Of a stretch of DNA of 64,000 bases, positions 14,424-24,728 are shown piece by piece. Positions within the stretch are counted from its first letter, which is position 1. Each line of letters opens with the position of its first letter. A program made the position numbers and the translations under genes. The notes under the pieces are model-generated. The model saw nothing but the letters and a program-made list of their open reading frames with translations, had not been told where the DNA came from and did no database searches. This DNA is from Eledone cirrhosa. Lineage: Eukaryota. Location: positions 14,508,001-14,572,000 of the forward strand of contig OZ024743.1 of assembly GCA_964016885.1 (NCBI GenBank). Direction: 5' to 3'.

Positions 14424-17400
14424 TTGCATTTATGTTGCTTTATGTTCATACGAGTTATCACCAAGTCACAACCAGTGACCTCAAGAGACAACAAGGTCCG
14501 CCATGTTCAAGAAAGAACATACATACTCACACATGCATCTTTAGTGTTTAGACTTGTGATGTACTTATATTGACAGAATCTTCCTTAGTATATGGGCAGT
14601 TCCCATTAGTACTATCTTTTGTATTTCTCCTATACGCGGGTTTCCTGATATTTGCGATAAGTAATCATTAGACCCCTTAGGTATCATTCCCAGAGCGCCT
14701 ACAACCACTGGTATTGTTTTAGTTCTCAATTTCCACATTTTTCCAATTTCTATCTCCAGGTCCTTATACTTGCTCAATTTTTCAAATATTTTTATAGATA
14801 CATTCTTGTCTATTGGAACAGACATATCAATTAGCAGGCATACCCTCTTTTTGAAGTCCTTCAATATTATATCAGGTCTATTTGCATCTATTTTTCGGTC
14901 TGTTTGGATGCTAAAGTTCAACAAGATTGAGATGTGATCTTTTTCAAGTATGGGAGGTGGTTGATGCTCCCACCAATTCTTTTGATGGGGCAGGTCAAAA
15001 TGCTTACACATTATCCAATGTATGTATTGTGCAGCTCTGTCATGCCTGTTTAGGTATTCGGTTGGAGCTATAGGACTGCACATTGAAATTATATGGCCAA
15101 TGGTCTCTGGTTGTTTTTTGCATACACGGCATAATGGGCTGCATCCATTTTTTATTATGTTGGCATGGTAATTTTTTGTTGGCAGACACTGATCTTGTGC
15201 TGATATAATCAGTCCTTCAGTCTCCGATTTCAGTCCAGAGGATGCCAACCACTGGTGGGTTAAAGTTTTGTCAACATCAGGATTGTTGGCTCGCTCTGGG
15301 TATTTTCCATACAGAGGCTTTTCTTGCCATTTCTTAGCCAGTTTCTGTAGCGGTTCTTTCTTTGCAGTTACTTTTATCTGGTTTGCTTTTTCTGTGTTTT
15401 CCATTTCAGCAGTAAATGGGACGTCTGAAATTTGTAGTCCATTACTGTATCTTTGTGCATCTTTTGTAATGGAATATGATCTTTTGATGCTTTCGTGTTT
15501 CAAAACGAGTTTGATCATCCAATCATGTGATTCCCTTAGATATGTAGATAATCCAATTGTTGCAGTTTTCAACGCAATGTCTAACTGGATTAACCCACGT
15601 CCTCCTTCTTTCCTAGGGAGATATATTCTATCTGTATCTGCCTTAGGGTGAAGCATTCTGTGCATGGTTAAGAATTTTCGAATTTTTGTATCGAGCCTAC
15701 GGATCTCTGTGCTTGACCAGTTGATGACATTGTAACTAGGTTACTACTGGTATGGCAAGCGTGTTTATGGCATCGATCCTATTCCTTGCATTCAATTCCG
15801 TTCTTAAGATTGCTCTTACTCTGCGGTAACATTCCTTCCTTATCCTTTCCCTCATTGTCGAGTGCTTGATTCCGTCTCCTTCACAAACACCTAGATATTT
15901 GTAAGCTTTTTCTTGATCAAGTTCTCTTATCACGTTCCCCCGATCAAGATTAATGTCTGAACTCTTCAGCAGCTTTCCTCTGGTGAACGTTGCTTTGGCG
16001 CATTTGTCTAGTCCAAACTCCATTTTAATGTCATCACTGAACTGCTCCACAGTGGATAATAGCCCTTGCAATTGTTCATCATTTTTTGCAAATAGTTTCA
16101 GGTCATCCATGTAGAACAAGTGATTAATGGTTTTGTCATAGACTTTATATCCATGTTTTGTTTCATTGAGCATTTTACTTAATGGTATAAGTGCGATGCA
16201 GAATAAAAGCGGTGATAAAGAGTCACCCTGAAAAATTCCACAATTAATATTAACTTCTCCAGCTTCCAGTGATTTTGTTTCACTATTCAAAAGGAGTGTC
16301 GTTTTCCATGTCTTCATACTGAATGGCAAAAACCTCCTGACAACGGGGGATATTTTTAAAATCTCTAAACATTTTTCAATCCAACTGTGTGGCAAACTAT
16401 CGAATGCTTTTTTATAATCTATCCAAGCAATCGATAGATTTGTGTGTCTATTATGACAATCTTCCAGTATCATTTTGTTAACCAGAAGCTGATCCTTACA
16501 GCCATATGAGCCTCGTTTACACCCTTTCTACTCAATGGGGAATAGGTCATTTGTTATCAGGTGGTCATATGTGTATTCAGTTAGGACTGATGTTAAAATT
16601 TTATACATTGTGGTCAAGCAAGTTATCGGTCTGTAATTTTTGGGATTGTTTGTCTCATCATTCATCGGAAGCAGGAATGTAATGCCGTTAACTAGCCATG
16701 ATGGTATCTTTTCTGGCTCCTTAACTATTACATTGTAAAGTTGGGCTAACAGCTCATGAGACTCTGTGAAGGCATTTATCCAAAAGTTTTGTATTTTGTC
16801 TTTTCCTGGGGATTTCCATGTGCTGGTTTTTCTTAGAGCCAAGCGCAACTGTTCAACTGTTATATTTTCCCATAGTTGTTCCTCAAGGTGAGCTGTATCT
16901 TTCATTTGTCTGTCTATCCATGGGGCATGTATGTTATGAACTTTTTCTTCGGCCCAGATCTTTTCCCAGAATTCTTGCACTTCCTCCTTGGGTGGTATTG
17001 ATTTAGCAGTTATTGTTGACTTAGGAATTTTTCTGTAGAAGTTTCTTTGGTTGTTTTTGAACATATTATTATCCTTATAGAATCTAGATCGTTTTTCAAA
17101 GCGCCTTATACGAGCAGCTTTGGCCGACACTTTTTGTTTGATTATTTCTATCAGCATGTCTATGTCACTTGTTGATTTTATACTGTACTTTTTTTTCAAT
17201 TTTCTAAGTTTAGTTTGTTTAACATGTTCACCTACTTTATAGTTTGTTAAAATGTCTATGTCAGATCAGAGAAGGTTTATTTGGCGGTTGATGTTCTCTT
17301 GCCAAGTAGATTTCTTGTGGGAATTCCTTTGTTTTTTCATCTTCACTCCACATAAGTGAGTGGTGACTTTAGCCGATGCATAATAGAGATGATTTAAATC

Positions 17401-19350
17401 AGTAATGTTTAGTTTGTTTGTGATGATAATGTTTTTGAGAATTATGTTAGTCTTGTGTATTATCTTTTGGTTCTGTTTGGAGTTCTGGATCTTAGGGAGT
17501 GTGTCTCGTTGCCCCATGTCAGATTCTTTCATTTACATCCATTCGATCATAATTTCATCCTTCAAGTTGGCAAGTTCATTCTCATTCACTTCTTTATCAT
17601 TTACGATCTCATTATTTTCATTTGGAGTTTCATCTTGAGCATGCACTCCCTCCACTTTTTCGATCCTTTCTTTAATTTGTTCTGTTGCTAGTGATTCCGC
17701 CCCATTCCTGGGATTCGAAGTGTTACAATTTACCTCGTTTTCACTGACACATGTTTCATTTTCCTTTCGCTGACTTTGTGCTAATAGCTTGATCTGATCA
17801 ATTTCTATATCAGTTAGTAACTTTTTTCTTACAATATTTCGTCGTATATTGGCTAGTTTGTTGCTGTCAATATAGCCTCTGTTTTCGGGATGTTTCTTTT
17901 TCCAGTTGATATATGTCTGTTCTGTATTCGATGTATTTGATGGGTAGTACATGGCAGTGTAGAAAGCCTCAAGGACTTCTTTATTATCTTCCCTAGACCA
18001 TTTTTCTCTCTTTTTCTTTGGATTTCTTGGTGGTGAGCATGGAGGGCCAACAGTAGGAGTATTCCGGTTATGGGAGGTCTCCAGCCCCGAAGTGATGGGA
18101 AGGTTTGAACCATTAGCTGATTTTTCGACCCCAGTCTGTTTCCTCTCTGAGGGACGCGGCCCTTTTTTACCCGGGTGACGGCCGATCCGGTATGAGATTT
18201 TATCATTAGACATTTACTTTATTTTGTCGCGTTTTATCCTTATCCGCCAAGGGGTAATCATTTCGTGTTACCACTTCTAGAACGAGTGTCAACCAAGACT
18301 AGAGGGGTCGTTCTCCCCAGGAGACACGGCTATTCCCCGCCGGCCGCCATCCCGGTATTTCTTGGTCACGGGGTTTTCTTTTTGTTGTTTTTTTTTTAAA
18401 TTGTTATTATCATGAGTGGTTCCTTAATGTGAGCATTGCGTGGCTTAAGAATGAAATTATTAATAATTGTCTCCACTCCAGGCACAAGGCCAGCAATCTC
18501 CCAGTGCATTACAATAATATAATATACTTTTTGCTGAAGTTGCCTGTTATTGTTGTTGGGTATGTCGGTGGTGGTGCTGGGGATTTTTATATTGTTGGTG
18601 AGGAAGGGGTGAGCTAGCAGTGCCATAGTTGTTGATGTTGACGTTTGGCCGGTGGCCAGGTCACTAAGTCAATCTATTTATATCTTTTGCTAGCTTCTCC
18701 CTTGTCTAGTGATACCGCCACCTTCCCCTTTCTCTCTCAAGTTAACAGGGGAATAGTGGTGGTAGCAATGAAGGAGTGGTGGCGGCGGTGATGGGATAGT
18801 GGTAGCAATGATGGATGGGGTGGGGTGGTGGCGGCGGTGGCTTTGACGTTACTGAGTTTTGTGATATGTAGTATATATGAGTGTGTGTCGCGTATGGTTA
18901 ATATATATTGTGTTGACATATTCCCGTAAAATTGGGATCAAACATTTTAAAAAAAAACTTGAGACAATAATAATAGTAATTATTATTATGATGCTGGGAT
19001 TGGTGGTGGTGGTGGTGAAATTGCCGTTATCTGGCTGTGATGTTTAGTGTGATGGGGTAGGTGGTGTATCAAGTTTCTGGTGTTGGTGAAATTGCTGTTA
19101 TTTGGCTGTTCTATATAGTGTAGACAGAGGGTGTTTTCTTCCATTTATACCATTTTCTGTTTTTGAATGCAAAATATATAATACAAAATTGAATATTTGA
19201 GCGATATAACAATATAATATGGATCCGAAATTTGATGGGGTTTGACTCGGTGGTTTATGCAACATTTGTACTAAGAAATGTTATTTCACAATTGATTTAA
19301 ATATGTTAAAAATCAAAAACTTACGGGAGCGATTTCATGACCTTCTACCA
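14424..19350 (-). mobile_element. R4/Dong-type non-LTR retrotransposon, family A copy 1 (near full length, disrupted)
   Basis: Colinear with 19608-24494; its 3' end abuts (TAA)n. Confidence 0.9.
14565..18213 (-). pseudogene. Disrupted RT + RLE endonuclease ORF
   Basis: Five ORF pieces match the 1216-aa ORF. Premature stops at 17533, 17266 and 16528 and a 2-bp deletion near 15737. Confidence 0.9.
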
Positions 19351-19358
19351 CTTATTAC

Positions 19359-19539
19359 GGTGGATTGGCAGTATCGGTAGAGGGTCGGACGCCATGCTTT
19401 CCAGCATAGTTACGTCCCTTTATGATCTGAGTTCAAATCCCGCCGAGGTTGACTTTGCCTTTCATCCTTACAGGGTCGATAAAATAAAGTACCAGTAATT
19501 CACTGGGTAATTGCTGGCCTTGTGCCTAAAGTAGAAACA

Positions 19540-19541
<2 letters not shown>
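19359..19541 (+). mobile_element. tRNA-derived SINE, full length, ending in (ATT)n
   Basis: A-box TGGCAGTATCGG, B-box GTTCAAATCC; nearly identical to 55853-56040. Confidence 0.88.

Positions 19542-19607
<66 letters not shown>
19540..19607. repeat. (TTA)n spacer between the SINE tail and the Dong 3' end
   Basis: Directly visible. Confidence 0.95.
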
Positions 19608-19608
<1 letters not shown>

Positions 19609-22600
19609 TGCATTTATCTTGCTTTATGTTTATACGAGTTATCACCAAGTCACAACCAGTGACCTCAAGAGACAACAAGGTCCGCCATGTTCAAGAAAGA
19701 ACACACATATTCACACATGCATCCTTAGTGTTTAGACTTGTGATGTACTTATATTGACAGGATCTTCCTTAGTATATGGGCAGTTCCCATTAGTACTATC
19801 TTTTGTATTTCTCCTATACGCGGGTTTCCTGGGATTTGCGATAAGTAGTCGTTAGACCCCTTAGGTATCATTCCCAGAGCGCCTACAACCACTGGTATTG
19901 TTTTAGTTCTCAATTTCCACATTTTTCTAATTTCTATCTCCAGGTCCTTATACTTGCTCAATTTTTCAAATGTTTTTATAGATACATTCTTGTCTATTGG
20001 AACAGACATATCAATTAGCAGGCATACCCTCCTTTGAAAGTCCTTCAATATTATATCAGGTCTATTTGCATCTATTTTTCGGTCTGTTTGGATGCTAAAG
20101 TTCCACAAGATTGAGATGTGATCTTTTTCAAGTATGGGAGGTGGTTGATGCTCCCACCAATTCTTTTGATGGGGCAGGTCAAAATGCTTGCACATTATCC
20201 AATGTATGTATTGTGCAGCTCTGTCATGCCTGTTTAGGTATTCGGTTGGAGCTATAGGACTGCACATTGAAATTATATGGTCAATGGTCTCTGGTTGTTT
20301 TTTGCATACACGGCATAATGGGCTGCACCCATTTTGTATTATGTTGGCTTGGTAATTTTTTGTTGGCAGACACTGATCTTGTGCGGATATAATCAGTCCT
20401 TCAGTCTCCGATTTCAGTCCAGAGGATGCCAACCACTGATAGGTTAAAGTTTTGTCAACATCAGGATTGTTAGCTCGCTCTGGGTATTTTCCATACAGAG
20501 GCTTTTCTTGCCATTTCTTAGCCAGTTTCTGTAGCAGTTCTTTCTTTGCAGTTACTTTTACCTGCTTTGCTTTTTCTGTGTTTTCCATTTCAGCAGTAAA
20601 TGGGACTTCTGAAATTTGTAGTCCATTACTGTATCTTTGTGCATCTTTTGTAATGGAATATGATCTTTTGGTGCTTTCGTGTTTCAAAACGAGTTTGATC
20701 ATCCAATCATGTGATTCCCTTAGATATGTGGATAATCCAATTGTTGCAGTTTTCAACGCAATGTCTAACTGGATTAACCCACGTCCTCCTTCTTTCCTAG
20801 GGAGATATATTCTATCTATGTCTGCCTTAGGGTGATGCATTCTGTGCATGGTTAAGAATTTTCGGATTTTTGTATCGAGCCTACGGATCTCTGTGCTTGA
20901 CCAGTTGATGACATTGTAACTGTAGGTTACTACTGGTATGGCAAGCGTGTTTATGGCATCGATCCTATTCCTTGCATTCAATTCCGTTCTTAAGATTGCT
21001 CTGACTCTGCGGTAACATTCCTTCCTTATCCTTTCCCTCATTGTCGAGTGCTTGATTCCGTCTCCTTCACAAACACCTAGATATTTGTAAGTTTGTTCTT
21101 GATCAAGCTCTCTTATCACGTTCCCCCGATCAAGATTAATGTCTGAACTCTTCAGCAGCTTTCCTCTGGTGAACGTTGCTTTGGCGCATTTATCCAGTCC
21201 AAACTCCATTTTAATGTCATCACTGAACTGCTTCACAGTGGATAATAGCCCTTGCAATTGTTCATCATTTTTTGCAAATAGTTTCAGGTCATCCATGTAG
21301 AACAGGTGATTAATGGTTTTGTCATAGACTCTATATCCATGTTTTGTTTCATTGAGCATTTTACTTAATGGTATAAGTGCGATGCAGAATAAAAGCGGTG
21401 ATAAAGAGTCACCCTGAAAAATTCCACAATTAATGTTAACTTCTCCAGCTTCCAGTGATTTTGTTTCACTATTCAAAAGGAGTGTCGTTCTCCATGTCCT
21501 CATACTGAATGACAAAAACCTCCTGATAACGGGGGATATTTTGAAAATCTCTAAACATTTTTCAATCCAACTGTGTGGCAAACTATCAAATGCTTTTTTA
21601 TAATCTATCCAAGCAATCGATAGATTTTTGTGTCTATTATGACAATCTTCCAGTATCATTTTGTTAACCAGAAGCTGATCCTTACAGCCATATGAGCCTC
21701 GTTTACACCCTTTCTGCTCAATGGGAAATAGGTCATTTGTTATCAGGTGGTCATATGTGTATTCAGTTAGGACTGATGTTAAAATTTTATACATTGTGGT
21801 CAAGCAGATTATCGGTCTGTAATTTTTGGGATTGTTTGTCTCATCATTCTTCGGTAGCAGGAATGTAATGCCGTTAATTAGCCATGATGGTATCTTTTCT
21901 GGCTCCTTAACTATTTCATTGTAAAGTTGGGCTAACAGCTCATGAGACTCTGTGAAGGCATTTATCCAAAAGTTTTGTATTTTGTCTTTTCCTGGGGATT
22001 TCCATTTGCTGGTTTTTCTTAGAGCCAAGCGCAGCTGTTCAACTGTTATATTTTCCCATGTTTGTTCTTCAAGGTGAGCTGTTTCTTTCATTTGTCTGTC
22101 TATCCATGGGGCATGTATGTTATGAACTTTTTCTTCGGCCCAGATCTTTTCCCAGAATTCTTGCACTTCCTCCTTGGGTGGTATTGATTTAGCAGTTATT
22201 GTTGACTTACCAATTTTTCTGTAGAAGTTTCTTTGGTTGTTTTTGAACATATTATTGTCCTTATAGAATCTAGATCGTTTTTCAAAGCGCCTTATACGAG
22301 CAGCTTTGGCCGACACTTTTTGCTTGATTGTTTCTATCAGCATGTCTATGTCACATGTTGATCTTATACTGTACTTTTTTTTCAATTTTCTAAGTTTAGT
22401 TTGTTTAACATGTTCACCTACTTTATAGTTTGTTAAAATTTCTATGTCAGATCGGAGAAGGTTTATTTGGCGATTGATGTTATCTTGCCAAGTAGATTTC
22501 TTGTGGGAATTCCTTTGTTTTTTCATCTTCACTCCACATAAGTGAGTGGTGACTTTAGCCGATGCATAATAGAGATGATTTAAGTCAGTAATGCTTAGTT

Positions 22601-24494
22601 TGTTTGTGATGATAATGTTTTTGAGAATTATGTTTGTCTTGTGTATTATCTTTTGGTTCTGTTTGGAGTTCTGGATCTTAGGGAGGGTGTCTCGTTCCCC
22701 CATGTCAGATTCTTTCATTTTCATCCATTCGATCATAATTTCATCCTTCAAGTTGGCAAGTTCATTCTCATTCATTTCTTTATCATTTACGATCTCATTA
22801 TTTTCATTTGGAGTTTCATCCTGAGCATGCACTCCCTCCACTTTTTCGCTCCTTTCTTTAATTTGTTCTGTTGCCAGTGATTCCGCCCCAACTCTGGGAT
22901 TCGAAATGTTACAGTTTACCTCGTTTTCACTGACACATGCTTCATTTTCCCTTCGCTGACTTTGTGCTACTAGCTTGATCTGATCAATTTCTATATCAGT
23001 TAGTAACTTTTTTCTTACAATATTTCTTCGTATATTGGCTAGTTTGTTACTGTCAATATAGCCTCTGTTTTCGGGATGTTTCTTTTTCCAGTTGATATAT
23101 GTTTGCTCTGTATTCGATGTATTTGATGGGTAGTACATGGCAGTGTAGAAAGCCTCAAGGACTTCTTTATTATCTTCCCTTGACCATTTTTCTCTCTTTT
23201 TCTTTGGATTTCTTGGTGGTGAGCATGGAGGGCCAACAGTAGGAGTATTCCGGTTATGGGAGGTCTCCAGCTCCGAAGTGATGGGAAGGTTTGAACCATT
23301 AGCTGATTTTTCGACCCCAGTCTGGTTCCTCTCTGAGGGACGCGGCCCTTTTTTACCCGGGTGACGGCCGATCCGGTATGAGATTTCATCATTAGACATC
23401 TACTTTATTTTGTCGCGTTTTATCCTTATCCGCCAAGGGGTAATCTTTTCGTGTTACCACTTCTAGAACGAGTGTCAACCAAGACTAGAGGGGTCGTTCT
23501 CCCCTAGAGACATGGCTATTCCCCGCCGGCCGCCATCCCGGTATTTCTTGGTCACGGGGTTTTCTTTTTGTTGTTTTTTTTAAATTGTTATTATCATGAG
23601 TGGTTCCTTAATGTGAGCATTGCGTGGCTTAAGAATGAAATTATTAATAATTGTCTCCACTCCAGGCCAGCAATCACCCAGTGCATTACAATAATATAAT
23701 ATACTTTTTGTTGTAGTTGGCTGTTATTGCTGCTGGCTATGTCGGTGGTGGTGCCGGGGCTTTTTATATTGTTGGTGAGGAAGGGGTGAGCCAGCAGTCC
23801 CATAATTGTTGATGTAGACATTTGTCCGTGGCAAGGTTACCAAGTCAATCTATTTATATCTTTTGCTAGCCTCTCTCTTGTCTAGTGCTACCACCACCTT
23901 CCCTTTTCTCTCTCAAGTTAACAGGGGAATAGTGTCAGTAGCATTGAATGAGTGGTGGCGGCGATGATGGATGTGGTGGTGTTGTGGTTACTGATATAGT
24001 ATCTATGAGTTTGTGTTCGTATGTTTAATATATATTTTCATTATATTTTGTGTTGACATATTCCCGTAAAATTTGAATTAAACATTTTTTTAAATTTGAG
24101 ACAATAATAATAGTAATTATTATTATGATGCCGGTGAAGTTGCCGTTATCTGGTGTGATGGGATAGGTAGTGTATCAAGTTTCTGGTGTTGGTGAAATTG
24201 AAATTGCCGCTGTTCTATATAGTGTAGACAGAGGGTGTTTTGTTCCATTTATAACCATTTTCTTTTTTTGAATACAAAATATATAATACAAAATTGAATA
24301 TTTGAGCGATACAACAATATAATATGGATCCGAAACTTTATGGGACCTCATTCGGTGCCTTTATGCAACATTTGTGCTAAGAATTGTTCTTTCACAATTG
24401 ATTTAAATATGTTAAAAATCAAAAAACTTACGGGAGCAATTTCGTGACGTTCTACCACCTCGTGCGTCTTCTTCCCTTCTTCCCTTCTTCCCTT
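19608..24494 (-). mobile_element. R4/Dong-type non-LTR retrotransposon, family A copy 2 (full length, intact ORF)
   Basis: Single ORF, ~1.1-kb 5' region, ~140-nt 3' UTR, (TAA)n on both sides. Confidence 0.92.
19749..23399 (-). CDS. 1216-aa reverse transcriptase + CCHC + restriction-like (PD-D/ExK) endonuclease
   Basis: RT motifs [41 protein letters not shown]; CCHC CRVC..ETIDHIISMC; RHD; RLE RPDII..LIDMSVP..KLSKY. Confidence 0.95.
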   Translation of the reverse strand: MSNDEISYRIGRHPGKKGPRPSERNQTGVEKSANGSNLPITSELETSHNRNTPTVGPPCSPPRNPKKKREKWSREDNKEVLEAFYTAMYYPSNTSNTEQTYINWKKKHPENRGYIDSNKLANIRRNIVRKKLLTDIEIDQIKLVAQSQRRENEACVSENEVNCNISNPRVGAESLATEQIKERSEKVEGVHAQDETPNENNEIVNDKEMNENELANLKDEIMIEWMKMKESDMGERDTLPKIQNSKQNQKIIHKTNIILKNIIITNKLSITDLNHLYYASAKVTTHLCGVKMKKQRNSHKKSTWQDNINRQINLLRSDIEILTNYKVGEHVKQTKLRKLKKKYSIRSTCDIDMLIETIKQKVSAKAARIRRFEKRSRFYKDNNMFKNNQRNFYRKIGKSTITAKSIPPKEEVQEFWEKIWAEEKVHNIHAPWIDRQMKETAHLEEQTWENITVEQLRLALRKTSKWKSPGKDKIQNFWINAFTESHELLAQLYNEIVKEPEKIPSWLINGITFLLPKNDETNNPKNYRPIICLTTMYKILTSVLTEYTYDHLITNDLFPIEQKGCKRGSYGCKDQLLVNKMILEDCHNRHKNLSIAWIDYKKAFDSLPHSWIEKCLEIFKISPVIRRFLSFSMRTWRTTLLLNSETKSLEAGEVNINCGIFQGDSLSPLLFCIALIPLSKMLNETKHGYRVYDKTINHLFYMDDLKLFAKNDEQLQGLLSTVKQFSDDIKMEFGLDKCAKATFTRGKLLKSSDINLDRGNVIRELDQEQTYKYLGVCEGDGIKHSTMRERIRKECYRRVRAILRTELNARNRIDAINTLAIPVVTYSYNVINWSSTEIRRLDTKIRKFLTMHRMHHPKADIDRIYLPRKEGGRGLIQLDIALKTATIGLSTYLRESHDWMIKLVLKHESTKRSYSITKDAQRYSNGLQISEVPFTAEMENTEKAKQVKVTAKKELLQKLAKKWQEKPLYGKYPERANNPDVDKTLTYQWLASSGLKSETEGLIISAQDQCLPTKNYQANIIQNGCSPLCRVCKKQPETIDHIISMCSPIAPTEYLNRHDRAAQYIHWIMCKHFDLPHQKNWWEHQPPPILEKDHISILWNFSIQTDRKIDANRPDIILKDFQRRVCLLIDMSVPIDKNVSIKTFEKLSKYKDLEIEIRKMWKLRTKTIPVVVGALGMIPKGSNDYLSQIPGNPRIGEIQKIVLMGTAHILRKILSI

Positions 24495-24728
24495 ATTATT
24501 ATTATTATTATTATTGAATGCCATGGTTGACGGAGGCTCGGCTCTGTAAGGTATAGTAATTTTTAACCGTTAAAACAATTGTAAATTGTTTAAAACTTGA
24601 ACCAAATTGTTGATAAAGACACCCTCCTCCTCGTGAGAGGGGTCTTTCTGTCCGTTATTTGGCCCTTCGGGGTTAAATAACCAGTTATTGGGGTTTTGTA
24701 CCCAAAATTTCATTTTAACCAAAAAAAC

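Noticed and set aside
19359-19541. tRNA gene suggested by A and B boxes
   Set aside because: No cloverleaf; multi-copy with a shared core and (ATT)n tail, so it is a SINE.
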